This document shows, in pieces, positions 1 to 32,299 of a stretch of 64,000 nt of DNA; the first letter of the stretch is position 1, and each line of letters begins with the position of its first letter. The notes below the pieces were generated by a model. It saw only the letters and a program-made list of their open reading frames with translations. It did no database searches and was not told the origin of the DNA. The stretch is taken from assembly GCA_012295275.1 (NCBI GenBank), contig CM022676.1, positions 14,322,001 through 14,386,000 on the forward strand. Reading direction: 5' to 3'. Made by a program: the position numbers and the translations under genes. This stretch comes from Chrysomallon squamiferum (Eukaryota > Animalia > Mollusca).

Positions 1-451
1 AGTTACTTATTTTCATCACTTATTTATATTCTATCATCAACATCATGATGAAAATCATCACATTTTTCTTATGTTTAATTCCTTTTTCTTACATTGTTGC
101 TCTTTTCATGTTTTCATTTTATTTTTTTATTCTACTACTACTACTACTATATTATTTATTTATTTGTTTATTTACTTTTATTGATTTCTTTTGATTTATT
201 AATTTAATTTAATTTAATTTTCCAGAATTTATTAATTGCTTAATCAAAATCAGTTTTGATTTAGTAATAACGTGGTTAGATAATACAATCACAGACTCCA
301 TTCATGACAATGAAGACAAAGACGGCGAGAATAGGAAGAAAAAAGAAAAGAGAAACTAACCAAGTAACATTAGTGTTAAAAAAAAGAAGAAAAAGAAAGG
401 AAGAAAAAAGAATAATAATAATATCAGAAATTAAAAGAAAATTAATAAATA

Positions 452-558
<107 letters not shown>

Positions 559-681
559 CAACTGTCCATGAGTGATAGCATGAAGAAGATCACTAAAGAT
601 GATCAAAACGACGACGACGAAGAAGAAGAAGAAAAACCTAACTCCATTCCTAGACATTAGTTATCATCAAAATAATAATAA

Positions 682-7037
<6,356 letters not shown>

Positions 7038-7866
7038 TTTGTCTCCCGCGTTCCGCTAATACAGTAACTATCTAACACTCATTGCTTTCGTTCTTCTACA
7101 GTTCTCTAGTCTCACGCTGATGTCTGACGTCACAAATAGCTCAACATCGATGTCATAGATAATGTACAATAATATAACAGAACACCTCTCACAGTTTTCT
7201 CATTTTTCTCTTCAATTTTATATGATAATAATAATAATACAGCCACATCTGTTACAAATATCTTAAATAGGTGAAGTATATAAAAATTATTACACACCTC
7301 ATCAGTTATTATTTTGTATAAGTGTAACATAAAATTATTATAAAGCATTATGCTTGTTCATGATAATTATGATGATAATACAATAACAATACAAAAGTAA
7401 CATAAAGAACAAGAATTATAATACCAAAATTACAACTAGTTATTATTATTATTATTATTATTAGTATTAGTAGTAGTAGTAGTAGTAATAGTAGTAGTAG
7501 TAGTAGTAGTAGTAGTACTAATGTAATGAAAATAAGGAAAGAAACTACAATGATCGTGATAATGATTACGATGATAAAAAACAAAATAAAAGAACAATAA
7601 ATAATATTCAATTTATGCTTTTATTTACATTCTACACAAAATAATTACAAATGAGAGAAAACATTTGATAATAATCATTATGTTATTTAATATATTAACT
7701 TTAATTTCTATTCGTCTTATCACACACACACGCACACACACACACACATACACGTGCACACTTCCAGTGTCAGAGATAAATGATAAGAAAAGAGAAAAGG
7801 TGGAGTGATGGATTAGATCGGGGAAGTGACAGTGAATGAGATGAAAGTGGATGTCAGTACTGATAT

Positions 7867-7993
<127 letters not shown>

Positions 7994-8282
7994 AAAGAAG
8001 AATAAATTATAAAACAAATTATGATTTCACTCTTTAACATATACAAAAGAGTATTTTACTAGTTTCAAACGTTAGTTAAACGAACCAAAAATCTAATACT
8101 TTATTATTTTCTACTTTGTGAGTTAGAATTGTAGAATTTAACTACTACATCCATCATTAAATATCACTACCGTATATAAAATATACATAACCATAAATTA
8201 TGAATAAGGGAAGTGCAGTTTAAGGTTATTACAAACCTATTTATATATCAATACGTAGATAAACATAAACATAAACATAAAC

Positions 8283-8334
<52 letters not shown>

Positions 8335-8622
8335 GCTATGGAACAGTATATCGTCATGTGTTTCATGATATTATGGCGTTATTTTCTCTTTTGTTAACTA
8401 CAGTAAATATACTCAAAACTGAGCATTTTTCTAAAACCGATTCTTTCTTGATGTATTTACTAAATACACTTGTCAACACGTTCCGAAAACTTTGCACGAT
8501 TCGAACAACGTTAACGTTTATGTTAAAACGTTTATAATGCTGAACAGAATTCGCAATGGAAAAAATGCCAGTACTCGAACAATAAATGTTAACAGAATTA
8601 TTTAATGTATATTTAGAACAAT

Positions 8623-18592
<9,970 letters not shown>

Positions 18593-19551
18593 GACAGAAA
18601 CAAATATATATTAAATCCTCGAAGAAATGTAGTGATCTGTTTTTCCTGTTCTAGAACTCCTTTCTCTTCTAAATGTAGGTGACAATGTGAACACAAGCTG
18701 ATATGAGAATTTAAATCTCATTTGTTTTATATCCAGTAATGACCTATAAATCGATATAGGTCATAGTTAATATATCCAGTATGTCTCTGTGTTTTCTATT
18801 TGACGCCTGTATATCACCAATGAGATCTGTACATTAGAGTACATGTAACAATACACAACTACAAACACTGATCAATTATATCTGAAACTTTTCAGATTTA
18901 AAACAGAAAATAAATTGTTTTTGTTAAGTATACAATAACTCCAAAAGTGTACAATAACTCTAACTATGAACAATATGTACAATAACTCCAAACATGTACA
19001 ACATAAAAGAATCCTATTGTGACAAAGACTCCGAACGTGATGAAAATCTCCTGAGTAAACAAAATAAAGTTCTAACTCGAATAAGAACTCCTAACGTTTT
19101 GAAGAACTCCTATGTACGACAGATATTAACTTGTGTTGAACATCAGAGACAGGTTTGAGTTACTGTTTATCTGTGCGGATTTCTTACAAGTATTCTCTGC
19201 TTTTCAACGCGTGGTCTAAGATCAGCTAAATCTGAATAGGACTTTTGTAACACCATGTTTTATGGCTCGTGAAGTTATCATTTATTACAGTTATTTTCTA
19301 AAAGAACAAGCGTTATACATTCGCGATCAGAAAGGCATTTGAACTTTTTCCCACGATTAACTGTTCTTTCCCATGACACCTGGTGGTGACCTACTTGAGT
19401 TAAATATATGTTAATGTATGCTAATTTATTCCTGCTAAAAGATAGTAATATCGATACAGAGGATCCATCTGAGATGTTTATAAGTTGTACAACACTGAAA
19501 CATTACATCATCGTCACCTTAACGTTTTGTTCATGTTGTTCATGTAGTTCA

Positions 19552-19582
<31 letters not shown>

Positions 19583-19591
19583 ATTGTTGTT

Positions 19592-19627
<36 letters not shown>

Positions 19628-20550
19628 GTTTTTGTTGTTCTTTCCGGAATCCTTGTTGTCGTAGTCATTGTTGTCTTGTCTGGATTTTTTGTTTTGTTTC
19701 TGTTTCAGTAATGTTATTATATATGTATGTATGTGTATATGTGTATGTATGTATGTATGTATATATATACATATACTTCAATGAAGTAAAGGAATAAAGA
19801 AAAGACTAAAAATATAAAGAGAAAAATGAATGAATGACTGAATGAGCGAATAAAAAAGGATAACGTTTAACACAGCCAAAAATAAATAAATAAATAATTA
19901 AATAAATAAATAAATAAATAAATAAAACAAAGTAGACCTCATAAGTTTCATGATTTTTTGGCTGATTTTTTAAATTCTGTTGTGCTTTGTTTTACGAGTA
20001 GTCGAACAGACGTATTGAAATACTCGTCTCTGTTAAACACAACTGTTCACGTATAATAACTACAACTGCTCTGAATACAAGTTTTAACTCTCTCTGAATG
20101 CAAGCCACAGATTCTATTCTTAACATGAATCATTTATTTACATAACACTGCGTTTTCTTCACTCACTAAACATAAAATGAAGGTAGTCGTCGTTGTATTC
20201 TGTTTTTGATATAAAATAAAAAGGTCACTCTCCCACGACACGCTGTATCTGTGTGTGCAATAAATTCTAATGTTCGACAACAATCGGTTTAATAAAGTAA
20301 AATATTTCTTGATACGTTTATGATGATAGTTATTAAACGTGAAACCTATACCTATCTTTTTCAGAGAAGAACAGTTTTTTCTCCACTACTCTACAGTTTT
20401 AGCAATAAACAATGTTTATGCATACCTTCTCAAAGACAGTTAAAAACAGATTTTTAATACATCATTTCTTGGAGTCATTGTTGAGCTGGAAGACAAACTT
20501 GGCTACAACATTCACTAATAAATAATAATTCATGTACCTTTATAATAGAT

Positions 20551-20641
<91 letters not shown>

Positions 20642-21051
20642 TATCGTTTTATTTATTTCTATTAGTTATTTTTTATTATAATTTTATTCCAATATATTTT
20701 TAAAATTAATTTTCTTGTTACATACTGACAGGTCGTTGGTTCAATACTTGTCGGTGTCTATAAATCACTACACTGTGTGTAAAAATCGTGGTATGTACTG
20801 TATTGTATGTAACAAGAGATGTGAAAATACTGTTTACATGATAGAACAAAATGTAACAAAGTTTAATTTGATTCTGCTACGACAACATAAACATTAATAG
20901 GATAGAACACAAAAGTAATATTACATTTTTTTTTTTATACATTTATACTTTTTGTTTATTTCCTCATTCTTTCACTCAGTTTTCATTCATCCGTTCATAG
21001 ATTCATCAGTTAGAGTTAGAAAAATTTTTTTTTTTAAAAATGTGTTACTTT

Positions 21052-21101
<50 letters not shown>

Positions 21102-21810
21102 TATTATTTATTTTTTTTTTTTTTTTCGAAATGTGTTGATAAAGAATTACGGACGGATTAGGTTAAGATTAGGAAGACATCAAGGTGAGGTGCTAGTGTG
21201 GTGTTAGGATTAGCGTTCAGGCTAAGGACAGACTTTGAGATAAAATTAATGATAATGTTAATCATAGGTTTAAGTGTTAGAGCTAAGAAACGTTTTTGTC
21301 TTTAGAATTATATCAGGGTTGGTATTAGTGTTTGTGTACGATCAAATTTAATGTTAAAATTAGTAATTGCATTAAAAATGTTCATGTATACTCAATATCC
21401 TGTATAAACAATATCCTGTATAAAAATGTACTTTTTTAAACGCTAGTCTCTTCGACTCACCAATGTCTGAAATATGTGAAATTTGACGCTGAATGAAAAA
21501 CCTGTTTGAAGCACCCTGAAACTCCCTACACCACCCTCTTGTCCTCCTTTTACTACCTTCTCTGTGTTCGCCCTGTCCTTCTTTCAATATTATTTGTGCC
21601 CACCTCTTTATCTGTATTGTCAATAAATATCTTAATATCGAAGCAGACTATATGAAGAGCATTACTATAAAGACGGCCTAAATGCCAGTTTGAATAATGC
21701 AAGTTATCGCTTCGCAGCTTTTCATAGCCTTTTACTTCACTCGTTTATATCATGATGGCTTTAAAAATATACTCTATTTTCAGTCGTAATTATTTTAAAT
21801 ACTGAACAGT

Positions 21811-21857
<47 letters not shown>

Positions 21858-23260
21858 TACTGCAATAAAAACAGAATAAAAGAAAAAGAAAACATTTCTT
21901 CCATCCTTTCTTCATGCTTCCGTCCTTTCTTGCTTTTTTCCTTTCTTCATATTTGACTTTCGTTTTTGTGTATCACCCGTTCCAACCAGTGTATAAAATG
22001 TTATTGCATCTGTTTTCATCTACAGTGACAAACATTAAAAACATTATCACTGTTATTGTTGTACCTGTGACAAAAACACTTATCATTACGGGGTGATTAT
22101 TTCGAATAAGGCTTATGTTTAAGTGTTCCATTATGTTTAAGTGTTCGATACAACAAAGAAATAGGATCGCTTAATGTGAACTACGTAGGAGACTGATTAC
22201 TATATTGATGTTCACACAAATTCTCTTAATAGTCTACTGTAGTAACGAATCCACAGAAGTTTAGTCAAAGTACAGTAAACTTGACTGAGAAGGTCTAGTC
22301 AGTTGACCTACTGTTCGAATGTGGTGCTCTGTATAATATGGAGGAAATTAACAGTGAACAACTACCTCGGAAATCACTAACTGATTGTTCTCCCATTTGT
22401 TAACGGTAAAGACTGTTAGATTTTTGTCAACTCTAGACACCGTTATAGTTAAATATTTCTGTCTTACATGACCACTAACTAAATGTTGATCGGTATATAT
22501 TAATTGCTTGCTGATAAAGCGTGTTTTGTATAATGCAGTCATGTTTCCGGTGTAAGATTTTGGGAGACGTTTTCTCTAATAAAAAAATAATATTACTTAT
22601 TAGTAATAAAACGTGAACCACGGAAGAATTTAAAATCAAATATCATTTTGTATAAGTTTACTGGGGTGTTCACATATTATTTTTCATATAATGACGATTT
22701 TCCGAATTTGAATTTTAAAATTCAAATATACTTATGTTGATATGTGTTTAAATGTTAGTAAACTGTATTATATTATTAATAGCATTTATTGGACAAAGAC
22801 ATTAACAACTGATATTGGTTTATTAACACATTTGCAACTGATATACACTCAGCAGCTTGATGAGTAAGTAATGATAATGTTTCAAGTAGTAAACACTAAG
22901 TGATTTGATGAATAAGTAGTGACCATGTCTCTGCAGTTCATACTAAGTAAGCTGATAAACTAATAGTGACAGTGTTTCTAGTGCATACTAAAGGCAGCTG
23001 GTAGTACTGAAACATTACAGAAGACTGAATGGAAGAAACAAAACATTTTTAACTTTACAATCAGATTTATTTACTAATCTCCAATATCGCACAGAAGTCT
23101 GTGAAGCTTAAGATCATAATGTGATTAACTTTGTATTGCACTGAAAATGATTTTTACAAACTTAACAAAGTATGTTAATTCTCAATTATTTTATGTGGTT
23201 GTTTCTATTTCATTTCTCTCATTTTTTATTAAAATATTACTAAAATGAATTTACTTTTCA

Positions 23261-24800
23261 CTTTACAGAAATATACAGGGACTGAGATATGTAAGTAAAA
23301 CTATCAGTTTTGTATGTATGTGTGTGTGTTTTTATTAGTATGTGTCAAGTGCGACTTACTTGTAAATCTGACTGAGACTCTCAGTAACAGAATAATAATC
23401 TTATTTAGATATCTTTGTTCATATTTTTGAATTGTCATAAACTTGAGCTTAGAAGTAAAAGACTTTGCTGTTTGTTGTAAGTTATTTTAACACTATTAAC
23501 AGAACACTACTTTATCACACTCTAGTGTTGATTGTTTTCTGATAAGAAGAAACAAAGACTAGTGCAGTTTAGGGAATGTGACAGAAACACCAAGATGACA
23601 GGTGTTAATCAAGGAGATGGTAAGTGAACCAATAAATATGAAATGCAGTATATAGCTGAGGTAAAACATTTTAAATTATGTTCATTTTATATGTAGTTTT
23701 CTGTTAAAGAAATGTCATTCATGGAATTAAAATATATATATATATATATATACATACATGGCAACCTCAGCTGCAATCACAAGGTTGGCAGACAGGGAAG
23801 AAATTAACTGAATGTATTGAACACGTTTTTCATACAAAACAGATATTAGATTTCTAGTGGAGAACATAAAACGGCAGTTGATTCACATCAGTTTGTTCTC
23901 ATGACAAGAAGCGATGTTTTCCATAAGATGTTTACAGGAGAACTTTGTGAACAAAGTGACATTCTTCTACCAGATGTGGAGCCAGACATGTTCACAGAAT
24001 TTTTAAAGTATGTTAACACATGAAAACACACACAAACACAAACACAAACAAACACAAACACAAATGTATACATACAGACACAAACGTTGATACCAATACA
24101 GGTTTGCTAGTAAAATAATAATTTTCTAATTAATTAATGACCCATAATTATCTCTTGTCCTAATAGGCAACAGCGTCACCGGTCTGCTGTATCTGTCGAG
24201 GAAGTACGTCATCACAACTCTTGAAGATGAGTGTGTGCGATGTTTGGAGTTGTCATTGTTGTCACAGAATGCATGCATCGTGCTGGAACAAGCTCACCTG
24301 ATCAGATGAAGTCACCGATCTTTGTCACGAATTAAGATAGTACGATCAAAGATACTGACAGCAGACAAGAAAAATATTTTAACAACTTTTCACTCTACAG
24401 AAATATACAGGGACCGAGATATGTAAGTAAACCCTATCAGTTTTTTGTGTGTGTGTGTGTGTTTTTATTAGTATGTGTCAAATGTGACGGTTTGTCTAAA
24501 TCTGAGTGACTCTCAGTGACAGAATGATAATCTTATTTAGATATCTTTGTTATATTTTGGAATTGTTATAAACTTAAGCTTAGAAGTAAAACACTTTGCT
24601 GTTTGTTGTAAAATATTTTAACACTATTAACAGAACACTACTTTATCACACTCTATTGTTGACTGTTTTCTGATAAGAAGAAAGAAAGGCTAGTGCAGTT
24701 TATGGAATGTGACAGAGACAAAACATGAAGTAAAACATTTGAAATTATGTTAATTTTATATGAAGTTTTCTGTTAAAGAAATGTCATTCGTGGAAGTTAA
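23261..24800 (+). repeat. Local direct duplication (~23261-23730 vs ~24392-24800) flanking BTB copy 1
   Basis: Both copies begin cact(t/c)tacagaaatatacaggga(c)..gagatatgtaagtaaa and align over ~400 bp. Each includes a mini exon-like segment with AG acceptor and GTAAGT donor. Confidence 0.8.
23758..24375 (+). pseudogene. BTB-BACK pseudogene fragment (BTBD1/2/3/6-like), copy 1
   Basis: Translated pieces WQTGKKLTEC, HQFVLMTRSDVFHKMFTGELCEQSDILLPDVEPDMFTEFLKY (BTB) and NSVTGLLYLSRKYVITTLEDECVRCLELSLLSQNACIVLEQAHL (BTB end/BACK). Contains frameshifts and stops and is truncated before any PHR domain. Confidence 0.8.
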
Positions 24801-26187
24801 AAAAAACAAAAAAAATCCCAGTATTTATGTGCATATTTACTGCTGTAGAAACATAACATGCTGAAAATACTCTTCTAAGATTTTTATTTTTCACAATTTG
24901 TTTTATTCACTCAGATGCAGAGAGCTGAATAGCAGCAGCAGGCAGCATCGGTGTGACAGACTCAGTCAGTTTACAGCAACATTGTCGTTTGTTAATGTGA
25001 CTGGCAGTAATTTCTGAAACAAATTAGGATAAAACAGACAGTTTGTTTGTGCTGGATAATGTAAACAGCAAACCACTTGAGATTTCAGAAGGTGAGTCAA
25101 AAGATTCATTTTATTAATACCATTTTTTTATATTTCAAATTATAAGATTTGTATTTAGTGATAAAACTTCATTATAATGTAAGACTTCAGTCTAGTTATA
25201 AAACTTTTTATATTTATAAGACTTCATTTCAGTTACAAAAACTGATTATACTTATTATTATAAGACTTCAGTTTAGTTACAAAAGTTCATTATAAAGTTT
25301 TGGGTTATATTTAGTTGAACTGTGATATTTTGTTAAATCTCATTAGACAGACTGATAATCTATATAACTACTGAGAGGTATTTATTATTATTATTGATCA
25401 AGATCAAATTTGTTCTAATTAGCTGAAAATGTTACTGTTTTTTTTTTTTTTTCTATTTTATTTATTTAAAAAATCCATGATCAGATCAAAAGAAACATTT
25501 TTGATTGTGTTTTATATTTTACTAATTGAGGTATTTGTCTGAATTTACAAAATTCAAACCTGAGGTATTTTTCTGTTTCACAGAGTACATATTAATTTGA
25601 TTTATTTACCTGCAGAAAACACAGGTCTGCCAGTGCCTGTGATAAGAAACATTGCATTAGAATTCATGTTTATTATCATCTAAACATATTTTCTATACTT
25701 TGAATAATTTCTATTTATAAATCACTCTTACCTTTCTGGTTTGTGTTCACCATCAATATGACATTGTTTGTGTAAGTAAAATAAAAACAAATATTATCTG
25801 CATTTATCACCAAAACTAAAAATTTGAAACACCTGGCATTAAAAACTAAAAATGCAAATCTTAACTGGGGTATAATAATCAGATGGAAGGGTAACTCACA
25901 AATGTGTGTATATATATATATTTAAAATAATAATAATAATAAAAACAGAATAGAAAAATCTCATATTAAACAAGTTATCTCCCCTTAGACCAGTTTCATA
26001 TAGAGGTATATGCAGTTAAATGTAAATAAATTTATTTAACAAAATTTAGTGCTGTAAATAAATAAAAAATATAAAGATATGATAAAAATGTTTAATATGA
26101 ATAATTATGTTCATAAATTAACAAATTTTAAAAACAAAGTGGAAAAAAATATTTATAGGTTTTAAACTATTTTGCTATCTTACCTAT

Positions 26188-26254
<67 letters not shown>

Positions 26255-27170
26255 TGTCTTCATGTATCTTAACACTACCAGGCTGTAAAATCACTTTACT
26301 GAATGCTTCCCAGCTGGTTCGTACCAAAAAAAAAAAAAAAAATAAAAAAAGCCTGACATATAAAACTTTTACTTTGAAGACTGCCATGTGTTCTGAATAT
26401 TTAGAAAGTTGGTAAAGTCCTCACTCAAAGGACACCTTTATTTTCTATGATCCATACTTAATTAAATAAACTGGCTCCATCTTGGAAATTTCGAAAGCAT
26501 GTTCAGTGAAGAGTTAGGTTGTACAAGTGTTCTGAAAATATCTGTCAGCTGTTTATAAGAAGAATCAACATAAACTAAATTATCTCATCTTCACATTGGA
26601 AAAAACTGATGATTTTGACAGTTTCTCAGCTAATTCAAAAATAAATTATTGTTTTTACTTTCGACATAGCAGATATTCTGCCAGAAAGTAAAAAAGGTTT
26701 ATACGTGGCTTTAAACATGAACATCTGTCCATATAGTGAAAATTTCATTACATTTGTTGTGAAGCAAAAAAAAAGAAGAAGCAAAACTCAGTAAAAATAG
26801 CATTAATCATTGAATGAGAAACATTTTCCTAAATTTGTTTGTGTAATGGTTCATCATGATTCTGTCAAGTTACGATGAACTTCACAACAACAAATTCGCT
26901 GGATTTTGTGCTGAACAAATTGAAGCAGTTGGAAGATTTTGATCAGTACTTATGAATATTAATTTGGAATCATTTTGTTTTCCAGCTGCCAAAACAATAA
27001 CACATGGTATCTAAAAATATTATTATGATTGTTGTTAAATGACAAATTAATATGAATTTTACTTTGTGTCCATTTCAGAAAGAAAGAATGAAAGAAAGAA
27101 AACCACAAAGAAAAACAAAACAAAAACAAAACATTATTATTTAATTAATTTTAATTTATTTATTTATTAA

Positions 27171-27207
<37 letters not shown>

Positions 27208-28047
27208 TTATTTTTATTTTTTTTTTCAGATTTGCTAAATCAATGAAAACAGGTGACCACTGAACACTGAAAGCTGCTCTGATGATATCTCACTAGAACA
27301 AGTTGCACAAAGATTTATTTCAAAGAAACAAGGTAATCTAGTAGTAGCAGTTGTAATAGTATTAGTAATTGTGGTAGTTATAGTAGATGTCATAATATAC
27401 TAGGTAGTAGTAGTAGTAGTGGTGGTGTACTATCAGTAATAATTGTAGTTACAGTAGATGTCATAATATACTAGGATCAATAGTAGTGGTAGAAGTGGTA
27501 GATATCCAAGATATTCTGAGGCTTATGAATTACCTACAGTAATTTGAATTAACTATTATTGAGACGATTATGAATTATGATGAATAGTTTTCTTTGTTTC
27601 GTCAACAGAAACACCTGATAGTTAAACTGATGTGAATAGAACACATATCCCGGTGAAGTGACTTGTATGATATTTGAGTTACGTCACGTTTTTCATGAGC
27701 AGAGCTAACAACAACACACAGAAAATCATTTGTGACCTTGTCAAACAGAAAATTATCAGTTCCTAGTGAACCATTCACAGAAAAAGACGTATTTTAGACT
27801 GCCATTTTGAAATTTGAACGTGTTTGATATTTTGTACAAATTTATATTATTTCTAACTGTTAGTTAGTTTAAACAAATCAGCCACGATTAATTCAGTAAT
27901 GTATTTTATCATCATTATAAATTATTGTATGAAATTAAGTAAGTTTGTACAAAGTAAACGTTATTTCAATGTCAGTTTGTTTATAAATGTAATATTGCTT
28001 GTGTGTCTTGATCGGACGTTTACTACTACTACTACTACTACTACTAC

Positions 28048-28086
<39 letters not shown>

Positions 28087-28292
28087 AAAGACGTAAAATC
28101 ACTAAGGGCATTTGGTGAAAAGTAGATTATTAATTTTAATTACATTTGTTTTCTCTGTCCATTATTTACTATTATCATCATGATCATCATATCTGTCATC
28201 ATTTCTAACACAGTCCTATCAACTATTTATAGTTTAAGCCATAATTCTTATGTTTCTGATTATTTCATTTATTTTATTTTAATTTATTTCAT

Positions 28293-28323
<31 letters not shown>

Positions 28324-28580
28324 TTTTTTTGGATGTCTCATCTCAGTGATCAACCATAGAGCCCTTAGATAGAAAGCAGTCGGTTAAAAAATTATCTTAG
28401 TTTGATTATTAGAAAATGTTTGTTTGCCCATTTATGAACTATTTCCATGTACAGGACATAGCTATATATAAATATAGCAAACTGACCAGTACAGTGTGAT
28501 GTACTGTATCAGAACTGCAACCTATCCATGAAAATAGTTTAAGATAATATTTAATATTAAGTTTTTATTATTATTATTAT

Positions 28581-28645
<65 letters not shown>

Positions 28646-28743
28646 CTGTAAGAATTGTAACAGTTTTATATTAGAACAATTTTTGTTTTCCTTTCTCTCC
28701 ACATTCCATATTATCATTGTTTTTGTTTGTTTGTAGTGAAAAC

Positions 28744-29799
28744 ATGGCGACCTCAGCTGCAATCTCAAGTTGGCAGACAGGGAAGAAATTAACTGAATGT
28801 ATTGAACACGTTTTTCATACAAGAACAGATATTAGATTTCTAGTGGAGAACATAAAACAGCAGTTGATTCACATCAGTTTGTTCTCATGACAAGAAGCAA
28901 TGTTTTCCATAAGATGTTTACAGGAGAACTTTGTGAAAAAAGTGACATTCTTCTACCGGATTTGGAGCCAGACGTTTTCACATAATTTTTAAAGTATGTT
29001 AACACATGAAAACACACACAAACACAAATGTATACATACAGACACAAACGTTGATAGCAATACAACTCGGCTGTTTGAAGAACTTGATCTAAGAAAACAA
29101 GCTCTGATTTGCATTTTGGAAAAAGGCGACGACGTTTTGAAGTCAGATGAAATCACCGATCTTTGTCACGAGTGTCTGGTTGAGATCGTACGATCAGACG
29201 AACTGACAGCAGACGAGAAAAGAAGCCGCTTTGAATGGGAAAACAGACGTGAAGTACTGGGAGAGGTCGTGAAGCATGTTGACACCCACTAACATCACTG
29301 AGACAGAAGAAAAGAAGATCACAAAATAGTTCCTTTTAACTTAAACATGAGAACTGCAGTGATTCGTAAAAGACAGGTTACAATAAACCTGTTTTGTGGA
29401 ATATATGGTTTTGGTCACGTAAAATGTTCTGGTAAAGTAGACGACGCCATTACTTTCTCTGTCAACAAAAACGCTTTACTTCGCGGATTTCACTTGTTCG
29501 GTTACTGTGAACAACAAAACTACGACGTCAGCACCTTCGTCACTGACACAAGAACAGACGAAATACTGGACGGGTCTACACTGACACAGAGATACGAACA
29601 CGTCGTGTCTGACGTGTATGACGTCGTGTTCAGTCGTCCAGTGAAGATTACTAAAGACACTGAGTACAGCTTGTTTGTTAATGTTAAGGGAGGAGTCAGA
29701 TGGTGGGGACGTGAAGGTGAATTAGAAATTGTTGTAGACTCTTTTGTTTGTAGATTTGCTGAGTCACACAAATCTAAACACAGTGACAGAAAACTTTGA
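28744..29799 (+). pseudogene. BTB-BACK-PHR pseudogene (BTBD3/6-like), copy 2
   Basis: 5' part closely matches copy 1. It continues with BACK-like LFEELDLRKQALICI...LCHECLVEIVRSDELTADE and PHR-like DAITFSVNKNALLRGFHLFG...VYDVVFSRPVKITKDTEYSL...WGREG. Domains are split across frames with internal deletions. Confidence 0.8.
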
Positions 29800-30096
29800 A
29801 CAAATGTAAGGAAACAAAATATATAAATAAATTTTGTGTCTATATTTTCTTTGGTTCATCTTATCTTTTTCTTTTCTGTGTAGAAACAGTAAACAAACAT
29901 CATATAAAAGAATAACGTGTTGTGAGAGAAATTCAAGAGAAAACCTGTTTACTTTTTCTCTCATTTTACAGTTATATTAAAAGTTCATTGTCAAAAGTGT
30001 TCAGTATTTTATAGGAAAAAAAAAAAAAACGAAAGTACTGGTTGGATCAGGAAATAAGCAAACTCGGACATTAATGAGATTTTACAACTGTACATC

Positions 30097-30545
<449 letters not shown>

Positions 30546-31736
30546 GTCTGTCTCGGGCAGGTTAACAGCCGATAAGGATCCACATATGCATATATATAAG
30601 TAATTACCCAGGACCAGTCTGAACACTTACAGAATGTTCAGTGGACAGAGACCGTTCCACAGTTCCCCTTTAAAAATAAAAAATAAAATCAAACTGCGTT
30701 GTTTCTCAAAGCGATTTGAAACTCGCCGCTAGACGTCTGCCGCCAGATCTTTCTGCCAAACAAAAACTCGTAAAACCAATTGCTCCGGAGGTGATAATTA
30801 ATTCCACTTCAAAGGGAATTAACGACTTTTAACAAATTATGCAGACCAAATCACCAACCATATAACAAGTTACATTTTACAGGCAGAAGATGTAAACATT
30901 CTTATGTCAGAAACTGATATGATAATATTTATGTATATTCATACCTAACTAAACTCTTACATAGACATACATATAAACACAAATGCAGTTTATCCTTGCA
31001 TTGACGTATGATCTTTTTATTTTTTTATTTTATTAATTTTACTTGTAGAAGACTTAATACATACATACCTCAGTTGTTCATTATGTGATTTGGAAATATG
31101 TATTTCATATATGTTTATATATGTTGTGTATATGTTTTTCTGTGTTTGTACGTCAAAATAAAAAGAAGCTCTCAATAGTGCGGTATCAAGATAACTAAAT
31201 TCGAGTCTTTAGTCTTTGAAATACAAGAAATTTGAAACTGAATGAAAACATTATTTGAAACACCCGATAAACTGACTGAACAAACTATTCATAGCCTCTT
31301 TGTACCCACGTTTAACACCCTCTTTGTGTCCGCATTGTACTGCCCTGTTTTACTAAACATATACTAAACATATTCTGTCTGCTCTGACCTAATTTCTACA
31401 CTCGTTCTGCGCACTTTATACTGCACTGTTTATCGATATCGCGAATGAATGTTTTCTTGAACGAGACTGTGAAAAGAGTGAGTACAAAAACATCCTAAAG
31501 GCCAAAATGAATTTCTGCTACAGACAAACCCGCTGACCTGTCATAGACGTGATTCACAACAGCTCGCTCTGATTAGCACGTTAATTTTTTTCCAGTTCCA
31601 ATATGAATAATACAAGTTATCGCTTTACTTGTTTTCATAGCCAGTCAGTTAGCTTATTGATATCATGAAACTTTTAAACGATACAGTACAAAGTCTCACT
31701 GTTTTCAGATGTTAATATTTAAAATATGAAATAGTT

Positions 31737-31835
<99 letters not shown>

Positions 31836-32119
31836 AAAAAAGTTTGGGTAGGAGATTTACTCTCGATTCTTCTGCACAAGACTGTTAATAAAAATTGCTG
31901 ATTTTTTTGTCTTCTTATTTAACCTGAGTGTGTCGGTCAGTTCCAACCATGTCTCACAAAAAAATCACATTACATAATGTTTTTGTCAGTGCGCCGTATA
32001 ATTCTAAAACAAGAATAAAACAAAGCAAGTCGTGTCAGTCAGTCATTCATTATTCATATTTAGTTTCTGAACAGCAAATACAGGACCTTCGTTGATGCAG
32101 GAAATAACACACACACACA

Positions 32120-32244
<125 letters not shown>

Positions 32245-32299
32245 CAGTTTGTTCAACATATCTTTATGTAGTTAATCTTTTAAACGTCTCGAATCTTGT

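Noticed and set aside
18739-18764. Hairpin atgacctata-aatcga-tataggtcat ~150 bp upstream of gene B's ATG
   Set aside because: A single 10-bp-stem palindrome in 64 kb of AT-rich DNA is plausible by chance, and it is not shared by the other promoters.
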